Shown here: piece after piece, positions 1 through 11,358 of the stretch
How the letters are laid out: each line of letters starts with the position of its first letter
Position numbering within the stretch: the first letter of the stretch is position 1
Assembly (NCBI GenBank): GCA_035221665.1
Contig: CM069159.1
Span: forward strand, 27,838,001-27,902,000
Source of the DNA: Okamejei kenojei
Lineage: Eukaryota
Length of the DNA: 64,000 bases
Direction of reading: 5' to 3'
Notes under the pieces: model-generated
What the model saw: only the letters and a program-made list of their open reading frames with translations
What the model was told of the DNA's origin: nothing
Databases searched by the model: none
Position numbers and translations under genes: made by a program

Positions 1-55
1 ATCGAACCCAGGACTGATGCTGCGCGCCAGCTTACTCCTACCACTTGACGCCACC
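1..55 (-). mobile_element. tRNA-derived SINE head fragment (V-SINE/HE1-like)
   Basis: Reverse complement reads ggtggcgtcaagtggtag...cctgggttcgat (pol III A/B-box-like), matching the heads of fuller copies in the window. Confidence 0.6.
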
Positions 56-929
56 ATTTGCCCGCCCTCAGCATGTAGAAATTCCCGATTTTCTTCCTCC
101 AGAGATCGCCCAATCTGCTGAGTTACTTCCAGCAACCCTGTTGTTCATTTTTTCTTGCATCTTCTGCAGTTCTTCCACACCTGCATTAATACTCATATCT
201 CAAACATCTTTGGTGTTCTTTAGCAACGGATCGATTCATCACCTAATGATGCAAAGATACTTCCAATGCTTAAACAGGCCAGTTTGTGAAACATAGTCAT
301 CACCCGTCCATACCAAGCCTCATGTTAATGAAGTCCACCAGCCCTTGTTCCCTTTGCATGCAGAGCAGAGGCCAATTTGGAGTATGTAATCAACTTGAGT
401 ACTTACAGAATAAAAGAGTAGACAAGCCTTATGTGATCATGGAAACACAAATTATTTTTCCCAATAGCCATTGCAGGTTGTTTCACAGAAAGCACATCAC
501 AAATGACTGTCCTAAAGCTTCTGACTTGGAAGACCAACCTTGAAATAAATGAGTTGAATTAAGTCTAGTCCATTGGCTCAGGTTGTAATGAGCTGGCAAT
601 GTTGGCCAGTTAAGGCTGCTGTTTCACACAATCCAACAGATGAAGACTTAAACCTTCTCGGAGCCTAGCTTGAAAGCAGAATTTCACACAAACTTGCAGG
701 CATTTGAGTTTCAAGGCTTGTGAGATGGGTTAAAATAGATTACAGTTCCTTGAAAAGAAAAAATAATAATGGGAATTATGAAAAGCCAATAATTGTCATA
801 GGGAAAAGGCCACACTCACAACGCTCATCATAAGGCCCATCAGAGGCAAGAATGATTGGAGAGTGGTTCTTATTAATGATAATCCTCAGAAAGGAAATCG
901 GTGGGAGGGAGGTGGGGGGGAGGACTTAA

Positions 930-1190
930 GTTTAGCTTAGTGTTTAGTTTAAGAGATACAGCGTGGAAGCAAGCTTATGGCCCCCGAGTCCACGCCAACC
1001 AACCCTCACACTAGAGACAATTTACCAGATGCCAATTAACCGACAAAACCCCGCCTCGGTCTTTGGAATGTGCAATGAAACCAGATCAACTGGAGAAAAC
1101 CCATGCGGTCATAAGGAGAATTACAAAACAGGCGCCTGCAGTTGGGAATCACACTGAAAGGCAGCAACTCTAAAACCGCTTCATCACAGT
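930..1190 (-). mobile_element. V-SINE (HE1-like) copy
   Basis: Begins with (tttag)n agatacagcgtggaa (reverse complement of the tail); body matches other copies. Confidence 0.75.
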
Positions 1191-1370
1191 GTGTTTGATA
1201 TTCAAGTGAAAACTGGTCAGCCACATCTTCCTCTCCAACCCTCAGGGCATTTTTAAAAACTAAAAAAAACTGGGCCTCTTTTGGGCCTTATCCAGTCTTA
1301 CAAAGGTTCTGTGACCTGAAACATGTAACACTGTCTCCCTTCCCACTGATGCTGCCTCAACCTGCAAGAT

Positions 1371-1970
1371 ATTATATAAATGGACTGGCCCTTGAGGAGA
1401 CACCTGGAATATTGCCCAAAACGAAATCATATTGCCCGAGTCCGAAGGACGATGGAAAATAGATTTCAGTGCGGGCAATATTCCTGAGTCTCCCGAAAGA
1501 AGCAGTCATATTATAATTATACCTATCCCCACGTAAAATTAAAATAATTTCACGTCGTCGTCCAAGAGACCCGAGTATCTCGCACCATGATTAACCGACT
1601 GCTTGGAGCTGCCATTGTTTGGTTTAGATGCCGTGACCTGATTTCATCGCGATTGGAGGCCGCACGTCTCCCTTTAGCAACAGGCGCTGATTGGCCTCCC
1701 GTGTGAGATTTCCTCTGATTGGCCCGCCCACTTCGCTTAGCAATCAGGCCGCTGATTGCCCTTCACCCCGTGAAGCTGGATAAATGCTCTGATTGGCCGC
1801 CCTCCCCGTTAGAGCAAAAGTCCAATTTGGCGAAAACCGTGAAGAAAAGAAAAATATCAAGTAATATTTGCCCCGCCAGAAACTGCGTCGATTTTTTGGA
1901 CCTGTTCAAAATACCAACTAATATTGCCCGGTAAAACTACCTCGTATAGGTAATAATTTCCAATATTATT
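1371..1970. mobile_element. Non-autonomous hairpin-ended DNA element, possibly Crypton-like
   Basis: About 150-bp imperfect palindrome 1371-1517 (ggaatattgccc 1406-1417 / gggcaatattcc 1473-1484, centre gtcc-gaa-ggac); aatattgccc motif recurs at ~1863 and ~1920; CpG-rich core; interrupts a Penelope-type terminal repeat. Superfamily is inference. Confidence 0.4.
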
Positions 1971-3130
1971 ATTTTTTAAAATAAATTTTAGCTTTCCAGC
2001 ACCTGCAGTTCTTTTTGTTTTTCTGGATTATTAAGGCGTGGAATGCAAAATGCACTGCTGTAAAATGGATTACAGCCCTTCCCCGTGAAATGAAAGCAAC
2101 AAAATGTATATAATGGAATTATGAAAAGCTTTCATTTGTCTACAGGAAAGATTCCCTCGCCGTCGAATATAAAGAGTATCAGAAGCAAGAATGATTGGAG
2201 GAAGGTTCTTATAATGATCTCAGAAAAAAAAACCCATCATTGAGGCACAACGGTCCATAGGTGATTTTACTAAACCATGAGTCCCCCCCCAACCCTGTTA
2301 TATTTAAAACCTGGCTGTGTGTTAAATTTGGTAAGGCCTGGTTTTACTTGGCCTGTTATACAGTATAAACTATGATGGAAGTGGAGAAATTAAATGCATT
2401 CTATATTCAAACAAGCCCAGTGATAGTGTGCCTGTTAATCCATCATGAAACATTCCTGGCTTGTCCTCATCATGATTGTTTCACGATCCATGTAAATAAT
2501 TATCGGGGGAAAAATGTAGAGATTTGAAAAATAATCTCAAAACAAATTTTCACCCCGAATATTGTGCGTTAAGGTAACCTTCAGTTCGTCCAACAAAGGG
2601 TAGATATATGGATAATATTAAATCAGCAGACTGCTGGTTTCCATTGGAACAGATGTCACCCAATATGATCTTGTGTGGTGATTTGAGTGCAATGCTATTG
2701 GTAGCCTTGGGCAACTTTTCAGTCATTTCAATCTGGAACTGGCATTCTGCTACATTGCAAACAGCCGTAATTATGTGGCGTATCATTGTTTAAAAGAGTA
2801 GTTTTTTTAATACAACACAGAACATATTTTATTGTGAGCTCAATTAAGGGGAATTGTCAACTCTCTGTGACACGCTGCAATGAAATGCTGATTAGTTGAA
2901 ATATATGACAAATATTTTTGACATTCTTGAGGTGTAATGAGCAGGGTGGACGGATCAAGGGGAACGAGTGGATGCAGTATATTTGGACTTGCTGAAGACA
3001 TTCAATGAGATGGCACACAGGATTTTGTCAGGTAATTTGAGAGCTCGTGGGACTGTGGTTTTAGTATATTTGCAAAGACAGCACACACAGAACATACTAA
3101 ATGGGTGAATACTCACAGGTTCAAAACAAG

Positions 3131-3395
3131 AGTGGCACAGCAGTAGAGTTGCTGCCTCACAATGCCAGAGACCCAGGCTCGATCCTGACTGCGGGTGCTG
3201 TCTGCACGGAGTTTGTAGGTGTGGGTGGGTTTTCTCTGGGTTCTGCGGCTCCCTCCCCGATTCCAAACAGGTGCAGGTTTTTAGGTTAATTAGTTTCTGT
3301 AAATTGTCCCCAGTGTCTAGGATAGAGCTAGTGTATGGGAAATCGCTGGTCGGCGAGGACTCTGTGGGCAAAAATTGCTGTATCTCTAAACTGAA
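3131..3395 (+). mobile_element. V-SINE (HE1-like) copy
   Basis: gtggcacagcagtagagttgctgcctcac head, ggagtttg...ggttttctc V-domain, gtatctctaaactgaa tail. Confidence 0.85.
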
Positions 3396-3399
3396 TGAT

Positions 3400-3740
3400 A
3401 AAAGGCATGGGCTTAACGTGAGCGATTTAAGAGATAGAACTCTGAGGCAACTTTTTCAATCAGAGGGTAGTCTGTAAATGGAATGAGCTGTCAGAGGTAC
3501 AGAAGCAGATACAATTACAACTGGCAAAAGATAATTTGAGCTTCTCTGCACCTTAATTGGTACATGTGGCAATAAACTGACCTTTGAAATCTTTGAAAAT
3601 CTTTATTTGGACGGATGTATGGATAGGAAGGGCTGAGATGGTCTATGGGCCAAATTCAGGCAAATGGGACAAGCACCAGGAATGGCAACTAGGTTGCATG
3701 GACAAGATGGGCTGAGGCTGTTTTTGGTGCTGATTCTATG
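3400..3740 (+). mobile_element. CR1 LINE 3' fragment (decayed)
   Basis: aacttttt...cagagggt...tggaatgagctg and gggccaaattcaggcaaatgggac motifs shared with other CR1 3' ends. Confidence 0.65.
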
Positions 3741-3971
3741 GAAGAAGAGCACCTCACATACCATTGGTTATCCTAGGAGGCTATATTGAATAAAAAACAT
3801 CATTTGGATATCTAATTGTCCTTCAGGCTTAATTTAAAAATGGACAAAAAAACCATACAATTTGTTTCTGGAAGGCCAAAAAAAAACCATTTCAGTCAGT
3901 TAGTTTGCGCCACTCTGAAAAAACTTAAAAACACAATTTCCAAAGTCTCTTATTCACGATTCACAGGGTGA

Positions 3972-4295
3972 CAGTGGCACAGCGGTGAGTTGCTTGCCTT
4001 TACAGCGCTTACAGCGCCGGTGAGACCCAGGTTCGAATCCAACAAAGGGTGCTTGTGCAGTGGAGTCTGTACGTTCTTTTTTTTTTTCCCCGTGACCCAC
4101 ATAGGTTTTTCCCAAGGTCCTTCGTTTTCCCCACACTCCAAAGACGTACAGGTTTGTAGGTTAATTGGCTTGGTATAAATATAAATCATCCTTGTTGTGT
4201 GTAGGATAATGTTAATAAGCGGGGATAGCTGGTCGCCGCGGACTGGGTGGGCCGAAGGGCCTGTTTCCACACTGTATCTCTAAACTAAACTAAAA
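3972..4295 (+). mobile_element. V-SINE (HE1-like) copy
   Basis: A box tggcacagcgg, B box ggttcgaatcc, tail gggccgaagggcctgtttccacactgtatctctaaactaaactaaa. Confidence 0.9.
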
Positions 4296-4699
4296 CATTT
4301 CCGGACATTCCAACACACTTTATGGTCCATGAGGTATTTATGAAGTATATACTCTTGTATTGCAGTATCAGCACATTCAGCTTATACTCAGCAACTTTCT
4401 CAACCAGTTATGAGTGGTAGTGAGGCTACACTTCTATCCTCAGGGAATTTACTGGTTCAATGTGGGACTGGTCACCTGGGGTAACGTCTCTGTTTTTCAT
4501 AATAGCGCTATTTCATCTCTTGCATGCACCACAGAGTGAAATATAAGATTTAGACTAAGGGTCTACACCAACCCTGCCTTATGGAATTTGTCCCTGACTG
4601 AAGACTGAAAGCTGCATTATGAATACAATGCTGGAAAATCTCATCAGGGCAGGGCAGTGGTCTGTGGAATGGGAAAGCATTGTTAACCTTTCCTGATAT

Positions 4700-5040
4700 T
4701 GAATGAGAAGCTAAAGTGCCCACCACCAACTCAGAACAGCTGTTCCTCCCCTCTGTTATTAATCAGGCCTGCTGGACCGTCCTCCCTAAGCTAAGTACTG
4801 TCCAATTCACCTCTACCCCATTACGTACAGCACATTGACCAAGGAACTAGGCAGCTCTCCACAATGCTGAAGAACCTTACCATTCTACACCTGCAACTTC
4901 CCTTTTGCTCTAACCTTCTGTAATGTTGAGTTAGACTTATGTGTTTATCTATAGAAATTATCTATTATGATTGCATATTGGAAAACAAACTTTTCACTGA
5001 ACATTGTACACGGTGACAACAATAAACCTAAACCCAAAAT
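4700..5040 (+). mobile_element. Rex1/Babar-like LINE 3' end (decayed)
   Basis: Homologous to 26844-27191; ends aataaacctaaacccaaa. Confidence 0.55.
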
Positions 5041-5164
5041 ATTATTTTCCTATCTAACACAGATGTTTTTTGGTGTAGGATCTTAACGTCAGCCCTAATT
5101 GTTTTGCATGCATGCGCCTTACCAACACACAGAGAACATTGTCACTAACTCAACCACAACAGAA

Positions 5165-5388
5165 TGTGTAGGAAGGAACTGCAGATGCCGGTAAACACCG
5201 AGGATAGACACAAAATGCTGGCGTAACTCAGCGGGACAGGGAGCATCTGTGGATAGAAGGAATGGGTGATGTTTCGGGTCGAGACCCTTCTTCAGTTTGA
5301 AAAGGTTCAGTTTGTGCCGAAACCTGCCCATTCATTCTATCCAGAGATGCAGCTTGTCCCGCTGACTTACTGCAGCATTTTGTGTCTA
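5165..5388. mobile_element. Penelope pLTR fold-back unit
   Basis: Arms agacacaaaatgctggcgtaactcagcgggacagg... / ...gtcccgctgacttactgcagcattttgtgtct are reverse complements; hammerhead-like core between them; caaccacaa on both flanks. Confidence 0.75.
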
Positions 5389-5759
5389 ACAACCACAAGA
5401 AACACAGATTTTATTTCGGAGTCACGTGAGTTCAAGACGCTCCAGCTACAAAATGACAAAAGTCGGGCCCGTACATGTAAGTTTTACCGTGCCGTGTGTA
5501 TTATTCTCCTGTGGTCTCTTGTATTTCCCTGAAAATAGTCAAGACCCATAGGGAAGAAATCTGCAGCTCGCCCCGTTCTCTTCCGTTGAGTAACTGTTCT
5601 TTTGGAGGGGGGGGGGGGGGGGGGCAAGAGGCGGTGGGAATAACTACCGAGCCGAGCCCAGCACTGCTAGTGCAGCCTGACAGCGGGCTGGAGGTACCTG
5701 CATACCAGAAGCGGACCGGGCGGTAGTATCCCACGATTCGGATGAAAATCCTCACACCC

Positions 5760-6669
5760 GCTCGAGGAGCGACACAGGCATCCGCCTAAAAAGCTGCATG
5801 GAACGGCTTATGGAGCAATTGCTCCAGCCGAGACCTGCTGAGAGAGCAGCAGCAGACTCGCCTAGGGAGCTCAGGCACTCCCGCAGTGGCCATTACGGCA
5901 CTGGCCATTGCACACCTTCTTTTCAAAGGACATTGGCGACCAGGTGTTTTTCTGGGCTGGTAAGAAGAGGGTGTCCTGGCTGAAGATGTCCGGAAGTACC
6001 AGGGTCGTATAGATCTGAGGAGCTGCTGGGTGTGGTCAACAGCTACGTGCCCATTCCACGAGCGGGTCAGCCTTTAGAGCCGAAAACTGCAGCCAGCATT
6101 GGACCACCCGTCCTCAAAACCCCTACAAGAACGGTGGTCAATGAGGCTCTTGAACTAATAATGCTCGGTCCATTATATTGGATGGTGTGACATCTCCACA
6201 AATCAGCAAGATACATTAGCTCGCGTACGCCACTCAATATGAGATTAACAATTTACAGAAGGAAAATCATCAAGCCGCCCTCAACCCAAAGTTGCGGGAC
6301 TTTTGCAAAACACCGGTCAGAACCTCCAATTCTGCTTCTTTGGAAAGACCTTCCGAAAAAGGTGAAGGACCTGGAGGAAGAATCCAAGACCTTTGGTCTC
6401 GTGAGGGCAGGTTTAGGGACCGAGCAGACCTAACCAACCCAGGCGGGCAGTACCCAACGGCGTCCACCAGTCGTCGACCACCATATGGGACTGGTGAAAG
6501 CTCGGGGTCCGCAACCATTCCCTGTAAGCCTTTTTTAGGCCACGGCCCAGAGCAGACCCCATGGAAAATGCGCCACCCCCATCAACATCAACATCAACAT
6601 CAACAGCAGCCCTCTACAGCCCAGCAGATACCTCATCGTCCAGCGAAGAGGCAGAAGAAGCACCAGTAA
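5760..6669 (+). pseudogene. DIRS gag-like ORF remnant (frameshifted)
   Basis: Lies upstream of RT; fragments such as RRKIIKP...KDLPKKVKDLEEESK and a Q/H-rich C-terminus; the family resemblance is from memory. Confidence 0.5.
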
Positions 6670-6705
6670 CCATGGAGGTAGGTGGGTCTGGTTCCTCTCA
6701 ACATA

Positions 6706-8328
6706 CAGTGGCTTGCAAAAGTATTCATACCCCTTGAACTTTTCCACATTTTGTCACGTTACAACCACAAACGTAAATGTATTTTATTGGGATTGTATGT
6801 GATAGACCAACACAAAGTGGTGCATAATTATGAAGTGGAAGGAAAATGATGCATGTTTTTCAAATTTTAATACAAATAAAAAACTGAAAAGTGTGGCATG
6901 CAAAAGTATTCAGCCCCCCTGAGTCAATACTTTGTAGAACCATGTTTCGCTTAATTAAAGCAGCAAGTCTTTTTGGGTATTCTCAACCTCTTTGCACATC
7001 TAGAGTCTGACATTTTTAGCCCATTGTTCTTTGCAAAATCGCTCAAGCTCAGTCAGATTGATGGAGAGCGTCTGTGAAACAGCAATTTTCAAGTCCTTTT
7101 GCCAGAGATTCTCAATTGATTTATGTCTGGACTTGACTGGGGCCATTCTAACACATGAATATGCTTTGATATAAACCATTCCATTGTAGCTCTGCTGTAT
7201 GTTAGGGTCTTTGTCCTGCTGGAAGGTAACCTCCACCCCCAGTCTCAAGTCTTTGCAGACTCTAACAGTTTTTCTTCCAAAGTTTTGCCCTCGTATTTGG
7301 CTCCATCCATCTTCCCATCAACTCGCCAACTTCCCTGTTCCTGCTGATGAAAAGCATCCCCACAGCATGATGCAGCCACACCCATGTTTCACATGGGGAT
7401 GGTGTGGTTCAGGGTGAGTGCAGTGTAGTTTTTTCCGCCACAACATAGGTTTTGCCTTAGGGGCCAAAAAATTCAATTTTGTCTCATCAGACCAGATGTT
7501 TCCTCACATGTTTCTGTGTCCCCCCACATGCTTGTGGCAAACTGCAAACGGACATCTTATGGCCTTTGATCAGACAATGGCTTTCTTCTGCTACTCTTCC
7601 ATAAAGGCCTGAATTGTGGAGTGAACACTAATAGTTGTCCTTGGACAAATCCTCCCACCTGAGCTGTGGGATCTCTGCAGCTCCTCCAGAGTATACCATG
7701 GGCCTCTGGCTGCCTTTCATTGATCAATGCTCTCCTTTCCCGACCGAAAGTTTAGTTGGACGCCCATGTCTTGGTAGGTTTTGCAGTTGTGCCATACTCT
7801 CTCCATTTCGGATGATGGATTGAAACAGTGCTCCGTGAGATGTTCAAAGCTTGGAATATTTTTTATAAACTAACGCTGCTTTAAACCTCCCTCCACAACT
7901 TTATCCCTGACCTGTCTGGTGTGTTCCTTGGGCTTCATGATGCCCAAGGAACATTGTTTGTTTCAGTAATGTTCTCTAACAAACCTCTGAGGCCTTCCAC
8001 AGAAAAGCGTATTTTATTACTGAGATTAGATTTACACAACCATGTGGACTTATTTACTAATTAGGTGACCTTCTGAAGCAATTGATGCACTGGGATTTTA
8101 TTTAGGGTATCAGAGTAAAAGGGGGCTAAATCTTTTGCACCCACACTTTTCAGTTTTTTATTTATAAAAAATTTGAAAACCATGTATCATTTTCCTCCCA
8201 CTTCACAATATGCGCGCAACTTTGTGTTGGTCTATCACATAAAATCCCATAAAATACATTTACATATTGTGTTTGTAATGTGACAAAATGGGAAAAGTTC
8301 AGAGGTTGAATACTTTTGCAATCCACTG
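6706..8328 (-). mobile_element. Tc1 transposon, IR/DR type, Passport (PPTN)-like
   Basis: TA TSD (6704-6705, 8329-8330); ~210-bp TIRs starting cagtgg.ttgcaaaagtattca, with an inner direct repeat tgcaaaagtattcagccccc; 1623 bp. Confidence 0.95.
6924..7938 (-). pseudogene. Tc1 DDE transposase, frameshifted
   Basis: Starts MKPKEHTRQVRDKVVE, contains WSDET, FQQDKDP and IENLW motifs, ends GSTKY-stop; many 1-bp indels. Confidence 0.9.
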
Positions 8329-8339
8329 TATGAAGCAGT

Positions 8340-9660
8340 GGGGCTCTATACTAAACAGGGGTAGAAATGCACTTGTTTATGGATGACATGGGAATTCCCA
8401 TCACTAATGGACAAGTATAACTCAACAGCAATTCAAGGCTATAAAAATTGACTTTGTTCATGAAAACATGCCGCCAGTTCAGCGTACACCCCAAAGTGTA
8501 TTCACCCTCTCAGTCAAAGAGAAACAAGAGGGTCTTTGAATCTGGATGAAACAGCTATGGCAATTTAAAGCCTTAACAAATGTACTAACCTCCGCTCCAA
8601 GGTTGTTCACTAAAATCTTAAAACCTGCTTTGGCATTATTGAGGAAACAAAAGCATATAGTCATGGCGTACTTAGATGACATTTTAATAGTAGAGAAATC
8701 CTTGGAGCAGCTATTTTGGCAGTAGCAGCCACCAAACGTTTGTTTGAAACTTTGGGGTTTGTCATACATCCAGATAAATCCAATTTAACACCGTCCACTA
8801 CCATGGATATCTTGGATTTACTTGGAACATTGTTCGCATGATTGGTCACTCTGGGCCGAAGGAGCCAGTGCTCCTGGGCTGGGGAGCAGCTAACATGCAA
8901 TCCAGCCACAGGGGGCCCAAAGAAAATGACTAACTTAATCATCTTGCCTACAACACGGGGATCAACTACTTAGAAATGTTTGGTGCGTTTTTAAGGTAAA
9001 ATCATACTCTCTAATACGCATCATGCACATGTCCGTTTGAAATTAGAGAGGATACCACGGTGGTGGCTTATATCAACCACATGTGGTGTAAAGTCGATAT
9101 CGTGTGACAATTTGGTCAACCTAATCTGGCAATGGTGTGTCGAAAGACATATTTGGTTTATCGCAACTTACCTACCAGTAAGCAAATCCAGTGGCGAACA
9201 CCAGGTCCCGCAAATTTTATGATAACACGAATGGATGTTAAATATCCAAAGTGTTTGCTGAAATTACCAGCCAATATGGCACACCCAGATATCGATCAAA
9301 TTAGCATCCAGGCGAATCACCAGGTACTCTACGTAAGTCGCTTGGGCACCAGACCATGGAGGCACAGCAGTTGATGCATTCGACGCTGCTTTGGGGGAAA
9401 ATGTCTTTTATGCTTTTCCTCCCTTCTTGCCTCATCATTCGTGTATTACGCAAAGATTTCAATTGGATTCCGCTACAGGAATCTTGATAAAACCTGACTG
9501 GCCTACACACATTGTTCCCAGTGGCCCTCAACAAGGCTTGTCGAAACGACCGTTGGAAATTCCCCACAGTCCAGATTTAATTAATCTCCACCCAGTGGAT
9601 CAGGCCCCATTAGACACCCTGCCATGACAGAGACAATTCTCCCTGGCTTGCAGATTCTAA
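8340..9660 (+). pseudogene. DIRS RT-RNaseH-methyltransferase-like ORF remnant
   Basis: 8561-8690 translates QFKALTNVLTSAPRLFTKILKPALALLRKQKHIVMAYLDDILI; RNase H-like VAYINH...IWQWC...ATYLP at ~9060-9180; VDAF...YAFPPF...LIKPDWP at ~9370-9505. Confidence 0.85.
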
Positions 9661-10569
9661 AAAGACCTCTACTGGGCCTGGGAACTGTCCTGAGGACCGC
9701 CATCAACATGATTACCGCATCCCACCTGGAGTCCACCAGGAGAACCATAACCTGAACCAACAATAAGGAAATGGTAACGGTATTGCACCCAAACAGGAAC
9801 ACCTACACTAACAGCTAAAGCCACCAGTGTTGTGAGTTTCTGGTTGGATTACATCGGGAAGGACTCAGCTACAGCCCATCAATAAGCCAGGAGTGCTGTC
9901 ATCTTATTGGTTCCAGCAACATGACAACTGCTTTGAGTCCATCCACTAGTGGTCAAACCAAGAAGGGGCATTTTTAAACACTAATTCCCCCCAGACCAAG
10001 GTACACTGAGATCTGGATGTCAGATTGTGCTGACGACCTTAGGTGATGGCCACTCACCCAGTCATCACGCTGGAACAATTTCTTACCTGATAATCAGTCA
10101 TGCTCATGGCACTCGTGTCAGCTCAAAGGGTACAGTCCTCCACCTTCTGAGGCTGACAGCATGAACAGAGGCATTGGACTGTTTCACACATTTCATATTC
10201 AGTGGACTTGTCAAACAAACTAGACATTTTTCACGCCTCCATCATGGAGTTTCTGGGCATATTCATCTGACCCACGTCTTTGTGCCAAGACCCATCTCGC
10301 CAAATACATAGACACAACATACAACTTAAGAGGAGAGAAAAAGCCCTTATGATAACCACAAGAGCCTCATGTCAGTGATGAGCCCAAACCTCTTTCCAAG
10401 GTGGCTCAAGCATGTGCTTAAGTCCACGGGAGTCAACATTACTATGTTTACAAATCTCACTCCACCAGGCTGCATCTACGTCGGCGGCTTACGGCGAATG
10501 AACGTGCCTAGGCCCTATTCTGGAAAGAGCAGGATGGTCCTCGAAAGAACTTTCCAAAGGTTTTATTAA
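9660..10569 (+). pseudogene. DIRS tyrosine recombinase remnant
   Basis: Fragments HPLVVK, PRPRYTEIW, LVSAQRVQS, RWLKHVLKSTGV, HSTR (10458-10469) and RTFQRFY. Confidence 0.85.
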
Positions 10570-10688
10570 AAGCCGCTAACCTGCTACAATTGCAGACCAA
10601 ATTTTTGAGTCTGCAGACATTTAAGCCCGGGGGAGCCTCTGTTTTTTGTTGTCATTAATAAATCTTTTGTACACACAAAAGGTATTGT

Positions 10689-11151
10689 TGTCAGGTCTCG
10701 CGTTTAATCTAGTTTTCTGTCCTTATTGGTTTTGAGTATTTGAGTTTGCATTCTTGTTTTCCATATTGGTGCCTCACCTCATCTGTTTCAGGTGCCATTT
10801 CCAGTCAGGTCGTTTTACCCTCATGTATTGTTGACCGCCCCTGCTGTGTTTTCACTGTGTTCTCGTTATCCCTGTTTAAGTCTGTATTTAAAGTCCTTTT
10901 TGTTTTTTTAGGTTCTTTGGTCAGTATGTTGTGTATGCTACCTGGTACACTGCTAGAAATATTGTGACTTTGTTGTACGCAACCACAGCCTGTTTTAAAT
11001 CAACACTGTTTTTTGCCTGCTCCTAGATGACTGTTGCTTCAGTGTTTGCTTACCTGTGTATCGACTTGGACCGATTAAACTCTGAAACACGGATCTGCCC
11101 TATGTCTGAGCCTGCAATTTGTGTCCTCCTTCCTCGTTCAGTTTTCTGACA
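10689..11151 (+). mobile_element. Solo LTR (Gypsy- or BEL-type) nested in the DIRS 3' region
   Basis: TGTCAG...CTGACA termini, exact 5-bp TSD attgt (10684-10688, 11152-11156), TATA-like tatttaaa (~10886), attaaa polyA-like signal (~11075); 463 bp. Confidence 0.8.
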
Positions 11152-11234
11152 ATTGTTTTGTGATAACTACTTCTGCTCTCAAGGTCTTCAGAACAGTGAG
11201 TGAAGCATGAGCTGGTACATGGTTCAGATTCTCA

Positions 11235-11358
11235 GAGCTTTGGAGTCTTCATGTCGTGAACTCTGATATTAAAATAGTAAGTATTAAATGAGAACTTACC
11301 ATTCGAAGCTTTGAAGTTTGGATTCTTGTATTTTATGATGAAGTTTACGATGGGATTA
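11235..11358. repeat. DIRS internal complementary region (ICR)
   Basis: ~11271-11358 is the reverse complement of the element 3' end 11523-11602; the preceding ~35 bp loosely match the reverse complement of the 5' end at 5409. Confidence 0.8.

Noticed and set aside
1640-1810. Host gene promoter with multiple CCAAT boxes
   Set aside because: Embedded in the hairpin-ended element that interrupts a Penelope fragment; no downstream exon seen
9290-9510. Stand-alone bacterial-type DNA adenine methyltransferase
   Set aside because: It is the methyltransferase-like domain normally found after RNase H in DIRS elements, and it is frameshifted
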